Origin: an uncultured Gemmatimonadales bacterium
Lineage (GTDB): Bacteria > Gemmatimonadota > Gemmatimonadetes > Longimicrobiales > Longimicrobiaceae
Direction of reading: 5' to 3'
NCBI GenBank assembly: GCA_963716255.1
Contig: OY970303.1
Coordinates: 8,032,001-8,096,000, forward strand
Length of the DNA stretch: 64,000 nucleotides
Shown: positions 41,386 through 50,802 of the stretch, piece by piece
Layout: the number at the start of each line of letters is the position of its first letter
Numbering within the stretch: position 1 is the first letter of the stretch
Program-made: the position numbers and the translations under genes
Notes under the pieces: model-generated
What the model saw: only the letters and a program-made list of their open reading frames with translations
What the model was told of the DNA's origin: nothing
Databases searched by the model: none

Positions 41386-42851
41386 CCGCCGACGTCCTGC
41401 ACCTGGCGCTGGTGCGGCTGGAGTGGGCGATCCTCGTCTACTTCCTGGCCGTCAACGGCTGGTACCTGCTCCTGCTGTGCAGCGCCTCGCTGGAGATGCG
41501 CGAGTACGTGCTGTCCGTGCGCGGCGAGGGGCGCTGGCGGCTGCTGGGCTCCCGCGTGGCGCCGCGCATCAGCATGCTCGCCCCGGCGTACAACGAGGCC
41601 GCCACCATCGGCGAGAGCGTGCGCGGGCTGCTGGCGCTCTACTACCCGGACCTGGAGGTGGTCGTCGTCAACGACGGCTCCAAGGACGATACCATCCGGG
41701 TACTCTCCGAGCAGTTCCAGCTGGTCCCCGTGCATCCCATCTACCCGCGGTGGATGTCGCACCAGCCGGTCCGCGGCCTGTACCGCTCGCGCACGCACCC
41801 CAACCTGCTGGTGGCGGACAAGGTGAACGGGGGCAAGGCGGACGCGCTCAACGCCGGACTCAACCTGGCCACCGGCGAGCTGGTGTGCGCGATCGACGCG
41901 GACACGCTGATCGAGCCGGACGCCCTCCAGCGCCTGGTGCGCCCCTTCCTGCGGTCGGAGGGGGTGGTGGCGGCGGGCGGCACCATCCGCATCGCCAACC
42001 AGGCGGTGGTCAAGGGCGGGCGCGTGGTGCAGGCGCGCGCGCCGCATCGCCCCGTCCCCGGCTTCCAGGTGGTGGAGTACCTGCGCGCCTTCCTCTTCGG
42101 GCGGCTGGGGTGGAACCGGCTGGGCGGCAACCTGATCATCTCGGGCGCCTTCGGGCTCTTCCGCCGCGACGCGATGCTGGGCGCGGGCGGCTACCTGCAC
42201 GACACGGTGGGCGAGGACATGGAGATGGTGCTGCGGCTGCGGCGCCTGGGCTACGAGCGGGGCGGACCGCGCCGCATCGAGTTCGTCCCCGACCCGGTGG
42301 CGTGGACGGAGGCGCCGGAAACGCTGCGGGTGCTGGGGCGGCAGCGCGACCGCTGGCACCGCGGCCTTGCCGACGTGCTCTGGCGGCACCGCCGCATCAT
42401 GCTCGCCCCGCGCTACGGGGCCCTGGGGATGGTGGTGTTCCCGTACTTCGTGCTGGTGGAATTGCTGGCGCCGCTGGTGGAGGCGGTGGGGCTCCTGGGG
42501 ATGGTGCTGGGGCTGGCGCTGGGGGCGGTGGACTGGCCGTTCGCGGCGCTCTTCTTCCTGGCGGCGTACGGGCTGGGCGCCGTGCTCACGGCGTTCACGC
42601 TTGTGCTGGAGGAGCTCAGCTTCCACCGCTACGAACGCATGCGCGACCGGGCGCTGCTGGTGCTGTGGGCGCTCTTCGAGAACCTGGGCTACCGGCAGGC
42701 CACCGTGGTCTGGCGGCTGCGGGGGCTGTGGAAGTACCTGCGCGGCCGGCGCGACTGGGGGGCGATGGAGCGGCGGGGGTTCGGCACGGCGCCGGCCGCC
42801 GGTGCCGCCGCCGCGGGTGCGCCGGACGCGCCCAGGAAGGCGGTCGGCTGA
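41382..42851 (+). CDS. Processive family 2 glycosyltransferase (cellulose/PNAG-synthase-like)
   Basis: PAYNE, NDGS, GKADALN, IDAD, GED, QRDRW; several TM segments. Confidence 0.9.
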   Translation: MTADVLHLALVRLEWAILVYFLAVNGWYLLLLCSASLEMREYVLSVRGEGRWRLLGSRVAPRISMLAPAYNEAATIGESVRGLLALYYPDLEVVVVNDGSKDDTIRVLSEQFQLVPVHPIYPRWMSHQPVRGLYRSRTHPNLLVADKVNGGKADALNAGLNLATGELVCAIDADTLIEPDALQRLVRPFLRSEGVVAAGGTIRIANQAVVKGGRVVQARAPHRPVPGFQVVEYLRAFLFGRLGWNRLGGNLIISGAFGLFRRDAMLGAGGYLHDTVGEDMEMVLRLRRLGYERGGPRRIEFVPDPVAWTEAPETLRVLGRQRDRWHRGLADVLWRHRRIMLAPRYGALGMVVFPYFVLVELLAPLVEAVGLLGMVLGLALGAVDWPFAALFFLAAYGLGAVLTAFTLVLEELSFHRYERMRDRALLVLWALFENLGYRQATVVWRLRGLWKYLRGRRDWGAMERRGFGTAPAAGAAAAGAPDAPRKAVG

Positions 42852-42889
42852 GGCGCTGCTGCCGCGGCGGCGACGATGGTGGATGGAAT

Positions 42890-42921
42890 GCAGAAAGGCC
42901 CGTGAGAGCGGGCCTTTCTGC
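42890..42921. terminator. Bidirectional terminator between convergent genes
   Basis: GCAGAAAGGCCCG-tgagag-CGGGCCTTTCTGC. Confidence 0.75.
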
Positions 42922-42959
42922 GTTGCTGCGGGTGCCGGGTCGAAGCCGCGCCCTCGGGT

Positions 42960-43712
42960 TCAGGGAGCCACGGCTCCGTCCGGGCCGAGCTCCGGCGCGC
43001 CCGCGAGCTCTGCGCGCACTTCCGGCGCCGGCTCGCCGCCGAGCAGCGCAACCGCGCGGGCCGCGATCCGCTCCATCTGCTCTTCCCGCTCGCGGGCCCA
43101 GCCGGGGAGCCGCGCCGCGTTGTAGCCCAGCGCGCCGCCGCCCATGGCGACCATCATGAGGGGGAGGAACAGCGACTCCGGGAGCGTGCCGGAAAGGGCC
43201 AGGACCATGAGCATGACGACCGCCATGACCAGGCCGAGGGCGCCCACCCGGTTGAGGGCCACGGCGTTGGTCTTGGTGGTCCCCAGGCGGAGGCGGTGGC
43301 CGGTCTCGGTGGGCTCCACCCGCGCGTGCAGGTTGCCGTTGCTCCACTCGCGCAGGCCGCCGTGAGATCCGTCGCGCCCGCGGGCGTTGAAGGTCTCGCG
43401 CAGCTCCGCCACCAGCACCTCCCACTCGTGGTCGGTGGGCGCGCGCGGCAGGTCCACGGTCCTGCGCACGGAGAACGGCATCCCCAGGTCGGTGCGGCGC
43501 AGGGAGCTCCGGCGCAGCTCCAGCGCGGCGGCCGCGCCGGCGATGCGGTCCGCCGGGATCCCCACCTCGCTCCCGATGGCCTGCAGCTCCGCGAGCGTCA
43601 GCCCCTCGGCGGCGACGAGCGCGTTCGCGCCCGGGGCGGGGTGGCGCTCGCTCGCGGCCGTCTCGAAGATCTCCGCGACCTCTTCTTCCCGGTACCTTCG
43701 CTCGTCGGGCAT
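42960..43712 (-). CDS. Hypothetical membrane protein
   Basis: GAGGTGAGAG upstream; RRYREEEVAEIF, LTLAELQAIGSEVGI; two C-terminal TM segments. Confidence 0.75.
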   Translation of the reverse strand: MPDERRYREEEVAEIFETAASERHPAPGANALVAAEGLTLAELQAIGSEVGIPADRIAGAAAALELRRSSLRRTDLGMPFSVRRTVDLPRAPTDHEWEVLVAELRETFNARGRDGSHGGLREWSNGNLHARVEPTETGHRLRLGTTKTNAVALNRVGALGLVMAVVMLMVLALSGTLPESLFLPLMMVAMGGGALGYNAARLPGWAREREEQMERIAARAVALLGGEPAPEVRAELAGAPELGPDGAVAP

Positions 43713-44016
43713 CTCTCACCTCGGGTGGGTGGCACTCGCGCCGTGTTCCTCCGTTGAATATGGAGCCCGCACCCCGCACGTGAAAGCCGCGAGTGCGCCG
43801 CCACGCATGCGCCAGGGGAAGACGAGCAGCAAGACAGACAGCAGCCGGCGGCACCGGGTTCCACGGCGGGACAGCGTTTCCTCAGGGTTCGCGGACTGTC
43901 CTTCGCCGGATGGTAGACATAGTATACGCCAAAACTACCTCCTATCCCCTCGCCGGACGGGGCTTTCTGTTACGCTGGCGTAAACGGTGTGGCATGATTC
44001 CCACCTGGATTGCCCG

Positions 44017-45348
44017 ATGACAGACATTGCACGCTCACAACCCCGCCCGGGGCGCCTCAGGTCGATCTTGCCGCCGCCCAACCCACGGCGTTGGTCAACG
44101 GAGATCGAGTTCCTGGAGGAGATTCCTGCGGAGCTCGCAATCGCGCTGTGGCGGATGCTTCGCAGGACCCGCCTGTGGGCAGCGGTGCCGCCGTCGGCCC
44201 GGAAGAACCTCGCGCTGCCGGATGCGTCTGCGGCGGGCGAACGGCTTGCCGCCGCCTGCGCGCACGCTCCCAGGCTCCTGGAAGCGTTCGGCACCTTTGC
44301 CCTTCTCGGCCGGGAGCCGGACGCCGTCACAGCACACCAGCTCGCGCAGGCCTGCAGCCGGGTTCAGATGTGGGCGGAGGAGCGTGCCAGTTTTGACATC
44401 GCCGCTCTGTTCGCAGAAGCCGCGGCAACCGCTGATCCTGATACCCCTGCGCGAGCCTTCGACGCTGGACGTCTCTGCCGACGCGCAGACCATCATGGGC
44501 GTGCGGCAGCCTGGTACCTTCGGGCGTTCAGCCTTGCTGTTCGCCAGAAGAGCGATCCAGACGTGATCAAAGCGCTCCTGGGGTACGGGAACCTGATGAA
44601 GGATCTCGGACACAACGAAGAAGCCCGCGTCTATTACGAACGCGTGGCACGAAGAGCCGCCGGCTCGGGAAGACGCCGTCAGGCCGCCGAGGCGCACCAC
44701 TCCCTCCTCACCCTCGCGGCTGAGGCGGGCATGTACCCGGCCGCCTGCCGCCACGTGCGAAAGGCCATCGACAACTATCCTATCTACCATCCTTTCATTC
44801 CATACCTGGTGCATGACTTCGCGTATGTCCTCCTTCAGAACCGCCACTTCAGCTTCGCTTTCAGCCTACTATCCCGGCTGGTGTCCATCATTGAGGATCA
44901 GGACGCTCTGGCGATCGTCCACGCATCGCTCGCACGAGCAGCCGGGGGCATGCGAGACGTCCGACGCTTCAGAGAAGCCGAGAAGTCCACCCTATTGATC
45001 TTCGAACACCATCAAGACTACGCTCCCTCCGTATACAACTGCCTGGCTGAAGGCGCATGGGCTCTCGGCGAACTGACCCAGGCCGAGGTCTATGCGGCAG
45101 CTGCGTTGAACATTGCCCGTATCCGGAAAGACGACCCGGCAACAGTTATTGCGGGCAACATCCTCTCATCAGTGGTAGATGGCACGGCTCCGCTGAGCGA
45201 GATAGAACCTGCCGACCGGAAGCGGCTCGATTCACTCGTTCACCGCCTTATGGCTCGATTACGAACCTGGGGAGCCGCGAGCCGCAACGCACAGTCCGCA
45301 ACTCCCCACGCCGGCGTCGGGCCGGTAACCTCTTCAGAAGCGGCCTAG
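44017..45348 (+). CDS. TPR-like alpha-solenoid protein
   Basis: Successive TPR-like units: AFDAGRLCRR...AAAWYLRA, ALLGYGNLMKDLGHNEEARVYYER, VYNCLAEGAWALGELTQAEVYAAAA; start uncertain (43987 or 44017). Confidence 0.7.
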   Translation: MTDIARSQPRPGRLRSILPPPNPRRWSTEIEFLEEIPAELAIALWRMLRRTRLWAAVPPSARKNLALPDASAAGERLAAACAHAPRLLEAFGTFALLGREPDAVTAHQLAQACSRVQMWAEERASFDIAALFAEAAATADPDTPARAFDAGRLCRRADHHGRAAAWYLRAFSLAVRQKSDPDVIKALLGYGNLMKDLGHNEEARVYYERVARRAAGSGRRRQAAEAHHSLLTLAAEAGMYPAACRHVRKAIDNYPIYHPFIPYLVHDFAYVLLQNRHFSFAFSLLSRLVSIIEDQDALAIVHASLARAAGGMRDVRRFREAEKSTLLIFEHHQDYAPSVYNCLAEGAWALGELTQAEVYAAAALNIARIRKDDPATVIAGNILSSVVDGTAPLSEIEPADRKRLDSLVHRLMARLRTWGAASRNAQSATPHAGVGPVTSSEAA

Positions 45349-45590
45349 TATCCGGTACCGATCGTCGGGCCGCTTCGCTCAACCGAGCCATCGCCCAGGA
45401 TGGGCGGGTTCGTTGTAGTGCTCGATGGGGTCGTGCTGCCGACACTGGTGGTGTCCGCCCGATGGCCGGTCCCGATGGTCGGGCCGCTATCGTAGTTCGG
45501 CCCATCCGGGGAGACGAGCGACGTCTCGCCGCAGCCGCCGAGACCGAGGGCAAGCACTGCGACGGCGGCCAGGATGCGACGGTTCTGCAT
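45345..45590 (-). CDS. 81-aa exported lipoprotein-like peptide precursor with two SGPTIGTG repeats
   Basis: AAGGA RBS; MQNRR + hydrophobic stretch + LGGC lipobox; repeats at 45465-45488 and 45351-45374. Confidence 0.78.
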   Translation of the reverse strand: MQNRRILAAVAVLALGLGGCGETSLVSPDGPNYDSGPTIGTGHRADTTSVGSTTPSSTTTNPPILGDGSVERSGPTIGTGY

Positions 45591-45798
45591 GGGTTCTATC
45601 CTTGGTTGAGGTATACAGAGTTGACACCTCAACATTATCCCACCCGCACGGAATCCGCCAGAATCCCCTTCTAGCCGATTCACGATCTTCATCCGCGTCC
45701 GCGCCCCTCCCTGGTAGCGGACCGGGCGGGCGTGTAAGTTTGATTCCCGCTCCGCATCGTTCCAGCCACGACACGCAAATTTTCTCCGCAACCGCGCG

Positions 45799-46260
45799 AT
45801 GAAGACCATCCTGATCTACGTCCTGCTGGTGGGGGCTCCGCTGCTGGGCCTGCTGGGGATCCTCCGCGCCGGGGAGCGCATCGTCCCTCCGCGTCACGTG
45901 GGCGGCGGGTGGGCGGTGGAGCCCACGTTCGCGGCGGCCCTCCGCGCCGCGTGCCCCGACCTCGTCTTCCCGGCCGCGGGGCCGGTGCTGGACGTGTCGC
46001 AGTCCGGCACCCGCGCGGTCCTCACGCTGAACGACTCGGCCGCCACCGCGCTGGACGCCCGGCTCGACGGCGACGCCCTGTCCGCGGCGACGGCGGAGGG
46101 CACCGCCGCGTGCGGAGGGCGGGGCCTGCGGCTGATGGCCATGCTGCGCGCCGAGCCGGATCCGCCCCGGCTGGAAGGCGCCCTGACCCTGCCGGGATGC
46201 CCCTCCTGCGCGCCGGTGCCGCTGCGCGCCGCGCGCCTCCCCGCCACGCCCGCCCGCTGA
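45799..46260 (+). CDS. Hypothetical protein with N-terminal TM segment
   Basis: MKTILIYVLLVG; directly upstream of the antiporter. Confidence 0.6.
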   Translation: MKTILIYVLLVGAPLLGLLGILRAGERIVPPRHVGGGWAVEPTFAAALRAACPDLVFPAAGPVLDVSQSGTRAVLTLNDSAATALDARLDGDALSAATAEGTAACGGRGLRLMAMLRAEPDPPRLEGALTLPGCPSCAPVPLRAARLPATPAR

Positions 46261-46266
46261 GCCGCC

Positions 46267-48372
46267 GTGCACCTCCTCACGCTCCTGGTCCAGATCGGCG
46301 TCGTGCTCGCGGTGGCGCGCCTCGTCGGGCTCGCCTTCCGCCGCATCCACCAGCCGCAGGTCGTCGGCGAGATGGTCGCCGGCATCATGCTGGGGCCTTC
46401 GCTCCTGGGGTGGCTCGCCCCCGGCGTGTCCGCCTGGCTCTTCCCGCCCGCCAGCCTGGGCGCGCTGAACGCCATCAGCCAGGTGGGGCTCCTCCTCTTC
46501 ATGTTCCTGGTGGGGCTGGAGTTCGACACGAAGCTGCTGCGCGGCCGGGGGCACACCGCCGTGGTCACCAGCCACGTCAGCATCGTCGTCCCCTTCTTCC
46601 TGGGCTCGGCGCTCGCCCTGTTCCTGTACCCGCGCCTCTCGGACAGCAGCATCGGCTTCACCGGCTTCGCCCTGTTCATGGGCGCGGCGATGAGCGTCAC
46701 CGCGTTCCCGGTGCTCGCCCGCATCCTCACCGAGCGCAACCTGACGCGGACCCGCGTGGGCGCCGTCACCATCGCCTGCGCCGCGGTGGACGACGTCACC
46801 GCCTGGAGCATCCTGGCGGTGGTGGTCGCCGTGGTACGCGCCGGCGAGGCCGAGGTCCCGCTGTGGGTGACGCTCGCCGGCTCCGCCGCGTTCGTCGCCT
46901 TCATGCTGACGGCGGGGCGGCGCATGCTGGGGTGGCTGGGGAGGTACGCCCGGCTCCGCGGGCGGGTGACGCAGGACCTCCTGGCCGTGGTGCTCCTGGT
47001 GCTGCTGGCCTCCGCCTGGACCACCGAGCGCCTGGGGATCCACGCCCTGTTCGGCGCCTTCCTGCTGGGCGCGGTGGTGCCGCGGGAGCGCGTGCTGGTG
47101 CACGGCCTGACGGAAAAGCTGGAGGACCTGACGGTGGTGTTCTTCCTGCCGCTCTTCTTCGCCTTCACGGGGCTGCGCACCCGTTTCGGGCTGGTGGAGG
47201 GGGCGGAGATGTGGCTCTTCTGCGGGCTGATCGTGGCGGTGGCGGTCGCCGGCAAGTTCGGCGGCTCCTTCCTTTCCGCCCGGGCGACGGGGCTGGGGTG
47301 GCGCGAGGCCGGCGCGCTGGGCGTGCTGATGAACACGCGCGGGCTGATGGAGCTGGTGATCCTCACCATCGGGCTGGAGCTGGGCGTGATCTCGCCCGCG
47401 CTCTTCACCATGATGGTGATGATGGCGCTGGTCACCACCTTCATGACCACCCCGCTGCTGGAGCTGATCTACCCGGCGCGGCTCATCCGCCGGGAGCTGG
47501 CCGGCGCCGCCGATCCCGCCTCCATCCGGACCGCGCTGGTCGCCGTCTCGCTCCCTTCCGCGGGCCCCGGCCTGGTGCGCGCCGCCGCGGCGCTGGCCCC
47601 GCGCGGGGGCGGCGAGCGCATCTACGCCCTGCACCTGGACCGCGCCGCCGAGCAGCGGCTGGTGAACCTCCCGCCCCACCCGGCCGCCGCCGTCGACGAC
47701 TCACTGCTCCCGGCGATGGAGGCCGCGGAAGCGCTGGGCGTCGAGCTGCGCCCGGTGAGCTTCGCCAGCCACGCCCCCGCGCGCGACATCCTGGAGGTGG
47801 CGCGCGAGAAGGGCGCCGGGCTGGTGCTGCTGGGGTGGCACAAGCCGCTGATCGGCCGCGGGATCCTGGGCGGCACCGTGCAGGAGGTGATGAAGGGCGC
47901 GCGCAGCCAGGTGGCGGTGTACCTGGAGCGCCGCCCGCAGCCCTGGCGGCGGGTGCTGGTGCTGTACCGCGGCGGCGTGCACGACCGCGCCGCCGTGGAG
48001 ATGGGGCGCCGCATCGCCGCGGGCGGCGGGGCGGAGGTGCGGGTCCTGCAGGTGGCGGGCCCCGGGGCGGGGCAGGGCGGGGAGCCGGAGCCCGGCTGGG
48101 CCGGGTCGCTGGCCGCGGACGGCGTCGGCCTGAAGACGGTGGAGAGCCCGTCCCCCGAGGAGGCCGCCATCCTGGAAGCGCGCGACGGCTTCGACCTGGT
48201 GGTGGTGGGCGCCTCCGGGGCGTGGGGGATGGACCCGGGGGCCCTGGGGGTGCCCGGCGAGCGCCTGGCCCGCGAAACGACCGCGTCGCTGCTCATCGTC
48301 CGCGGCTACGCGCCGCTGGAGGAAGGACGGAGCGAGAAGGAGGCGGCTCGGGAAGTCGGCGCGGCGGGCTGA
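46267..48372 (+). CDS. Cation:proton antiporter (CPA2/CHX-like) with C-terminal USP-like domains
   Basis: QPQVVGEMVAGIMLGPS, SVTAFPVLARIL, AAVDD, MNTRGLMEL. Confidence 0.9.
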   Translation: MHLLTLLVQIGVVLAVARLVGLAFRRIHQPQVVGEMVAGIMLGPSLLGWLAPGVSAWLFPPASLGALNAISQVGLLLFMFLVGLEFDTKLLRGRGHTAVVTSHVSIVVPFFLGSALALFLYPRLSDSSIGFTGFALFMGAAMSVTAFPVLARILTERNLTRTRVGAVTIACAAVDDVTAWSILAVVVAVVRAGEAEVPLWVTLAGSAAFVAFMLTAGRRMLGWLGRYARLRGRVTQDLLAVVLLVLLASAWTTERLGIHALFGAFLLGAVVPRERVLVHGLTEKLEDLTVVFFLPLFFAFTGLRTRFGLVEGAEMWLFCGLIVAVAVAGKFGGSFLSARATGLGWREAGALGVLMNTRGLMELVILTIGLELGVISPALFTMMVMMALVTTFMTTPLLELIYPARLIRRELAGAADPASIRTALVAVSLPSAGPGLVRAAAALAPRGGGERIYALHLDRAAEQRLVNLPPHPAAAVDDSLLPAMEAAEALGVELRPVSFASHAPARDILEVAREKGAGLVLLGWHKPLIGRGILGGTVQEVMKGARSQVAVYLERRPQPWRRVLVLYRGGVHDRAAVEMGRRIAAGGGAEVRVLQVAGPGAGQGGEPEPGWAGSLAADGVGLKTVESPSPEEAAILEARDGFDLVVVGASGAWGMDPGALGVPGERLARETTASLLIVRGYAPLEEGRSEKEAAREVGAAG

Positions 48373-48451
48373 CGTCTGCCTGGACGCTGGCACCCGGAAC
48401 CGTGCCGGACGTATCTTCCCTTCGCCACCCGCATCTTGAGGAGACACGCCC

Positions 48452-48682
48452 ATGGCCGCCGAGCCCGCCTACCGGATCGATTTCGAGGAGCGAGACCTCG
48501 TGGTGCGCGTGAGCCGCGATGCCATCGACGCGGACCAGATGTCGCGGTTCCTCGACTACCTTGAGCTGGAGTCCATCCGCCGGCGCAGCGAGCTGTCCGA
48601 AGAGGACGCACGGACGCTCGCCGCCGAGGTCGACAGAGCTGCCTGGGAGCGCATCCGCGGCCACTTGCCGGACGGGGTTTGA
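48452..48682 (+). CDS. Putative antitoxin
   Basis: Small ORF with GAGGAG RBS abutting the PIN gene. Confidence 0.65.
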   Translation: MAAEPAYRIDFEERDLVVRVSRDAIDADQMSRFLDYLELESIRRRSELSEEDARTLAAEVDRAAWERIRGHLPDGV

Positions 48683-49105
48683 ATGGACCCGGCGCCCACA
48701 CCGGTCGCAATCGACACCAACGTTCTCTTCTCGGCCCTCCTCCGCGACAAGAGCCGCTTCTCGGAGATCATCCTTCGCTCGGGGCACACATTCTTCGTCT
48801 GCGAGAGCGTGCTGGTGGAGCTCTTCCGGCACAAGGAGCGGATCCTTCGCTCCAGCAGGCTCGGAGAAGCAGACCTCACCAGTTTGTACCACGTCCTCCT
48901 CCGGCGCCTCCACCTGTTCAGGGAAGAGCAGATCGATCCGGAACTCTGGAGCCGCGCGCACGCACTCTGCCGGGAGGTGGATGTGACCGACACGCCGCAC
49001 GTAGCGCTCACCCTCCAGATCGGCGGCCTCCTTTGGACGGGCGACAGGACCCTCCGGGAAGGCCTCGAAGCGCGGGGGTTCACGAGCTTCTTCGCTCCTG
49101 ACTGA
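48683..49105 (+). CDS. PIN-domain (VapC-like) nuclease
   Basis: IDTNVL, VEL, DVTDTPHVAL, LWTGD acidic quartet. Confidence 0.87.
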   Translation: MDPAPTPVAIDTNVLFSALLRDKSRFSEIILRSGHTFFVCESVLVELFRHKERILRSSRLGEADLTSLYHVLLRRLHLFREEQIDPELWSRAHALCREVDVTDTPHVALTLQIGGLLWTGDRTLREGLEARGFTSFFAPD

Positions 49106-49286
49106 AGCACCCGCTCCATCCGCAACTCCCTTCGGTCTTCTCTCGCTCCTCTCCGAACCGACCGCGAACTCCCGCTCCGGGCCGGAAATCCCCGAAAACT
49201 TTACACGACCGGCCCCCACCCGGTACATTCCCCCGCTCGTTTTCCCGGCCCCGCGGCCGGAGCCCGCACGCGCAAGCACGGCACGA

Positions 49287-50306
49287 ATGGACCGCCTGAC
49301 CCCACAGCGCCTGGACGAGATCCTGGACCGCGCCCGCGGCCTCCGCGTCGCGGTGGTGGGCGACGTGATGCTGGACGTGTACCTGGAGGGCACGGTGACC
49401 CGCATCTCGCCCGAGGCGCCGGTGCCCGTGGTGAGCGTGGACACCGAGCGCGTGGCGCTGGGCGGCGCCGCCAACGTGGCCGCCAACGTGGTCACGCTGG
49501 GCGCCGACTGCGACCTGCTGGGCTACGTGGGCGCGGACGAGCCGGGCGCGCGCATGCGCGCCGCCCTGGCGGAGCACCCGGGGGGGACGCTGAGGGCGCG
49601 CCTGGTGGAGCGCCGCGACCGCCCCACCACCACCAAGACGCGGGTGATGGCCCGCAAGCACCACGTCATCCGCTTCGACCGGGAGCGCGCCGACGACCTC
49701 CCGGACGACTGCGTGGACGAGCTGTGCGCGCTGGTCCGCGAGTCCGTGGCCGGCGCCGACGCGCTGGTGCTGGAGGACTACAACAAGGGCGTGCTCGTCC
49801 CCGCCGTGATCCGCGCCGCGCTGCGGGCGGCGGAACAGGCCGGGATCCCCAGCGTCGTGGATCCCAAGTTCCGCCACTTCTGGGACTTCGGCGGCGCCAC
49901 CGTGTTCAAGCCCAACGCCGTGGAGCTGGGCGCCGCCATGGGCGAGCCGATCCGGCCCCACGACGACGCCTGGCTGGAGGGTGCGCGCGGGCGCGCCGGC
50001 GCCCGCCACCTCCTGCTCACGCTGGGCGAGGAGGGGATGGTGCTGCGCTGCGCCTCCGGCGACTCGCTGCGCATTCCCACCGTGGCGCGCGAGGTCTACG
50101 ACGTTTCCGGCGCGGGGGACACCGTCACCGCCTTCCTGGCGGTGGCGCTCGCCGCGGGGGCGGAGGTGGAGGAGGCGGCGATCCTGGCCAACTTCGCCGC
50201 GGGGATCGAGGTGGGAAAGCACGGGGTGGCCGTGGTCACCCCGGACGAGGTGCGCGCGGCCGTCGCCGCCCGCTCACCGCGCGCCGCCGTCCCGGCCGGC
50301 GGCTGA
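49287..50306 (+). CDS. rfaE1: D-glycero-beta-D-manno-heptose-7-phosphate kinase (RfaE domain I)
   Basis: GDVMLD, RISPEAPVPV, GGAANVA, DYNKG, DVSGAGDTV. Confidence 0.92.
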   Translation: MDRLTPQRLDEILDRARGLRVAVVGDVMLDVYLEGTVTRISPEAPVPVVSVDTERVALGGAANVAANVVTLGADCDLLGYVGADEPGARMRAALAEHPGGTLRARLVERRDRPTTTKTRVMARKHHVIRFDRERADDLPDDCVDELCALVRESVAGADALVLEDYNKGVLVPAVIRAALRAAEQAGIPSVVDPKFRHFWDFGGATVFKPNAVELGAAMGEPIRPHDDAWLEGARGRAGARHLLLTLGEEGMVLRCASGDSLRIPTVAREVYDVSGAGDTVTAFLAVALAAGAEVEEAAILANFAAGIEVGKHGVAVVTPDEVRAAVAARSPRAAVPAGG

Positions 50307-50329
50307 CGACAACCGACAAGAGGAGACAA

Positions 50330-50725
50330 ATGGCCGCTCTCGAGAAGGTCCAGACCGACGGGGCCCCCGCCGCAATCGGCCCCTACAGCCAGGCGATCAC
50401 GCATGGCGGGCTCGTCTTCACCGCGGGGCAGATCCCGCTGGACCCCGCCACCATGCAGCTGGTCGAGGGCGACGTCGCCGCGGAGACCGAGCGCGTCATG
50501 CAGAACCTGGCCGCCGTGCTGGAGGCCGCGGGCGCCTCGCTGGGAAGCGTGGTGAAGACCACCGTGTTCCTGGCGGACATGAACGACTTCGCGGCCATGA
50601 ACGAGGTGTACGGCCGCTGGTTCGGCGACCACGCCCCCGCCCGCTCCACCGTGCAGGTGGCGCGCCTCCCGCGCGACGCCAGGGTGGAGATCGAGTGCAT
50701 CGCCGTCACCGGCGCGCACGGCTGA
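50330..50725 (+). CDS. RidA / YjgF family enamine deaminase
   Basis: PAAIGPYSQA, AGQIP, VKTTVFL, PARSTV, VEIE. Confidence 0.93.
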   Translation: MAALEKVQTDGAPAAIGPYSQAITHGGLVFTAGQIPLDPATMQLVEGDVAAETERVMQNLAAVLEAAGASLGSVVKTTVFLADMNDFAAMNEVYGRWFGDHAPARSTVQVARLPRDARVEIECIAVTGAHG

Positions 50726-50802
50726 TTCCCGGGACGCGGGCCCGCACGCCGCGGGACCCGCGCCTTTCACTTTCTCGACCGCCGAACGGACCCGTTGCAG
50801 CC

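Noticed and set aside
45591..45809. N-terminal extension of ORF 45345-45809
   Set aside because: The RBS and signal peptide point to the ATG at 45590; the extension runs through promoter-like DNA and overlaps the next gene.
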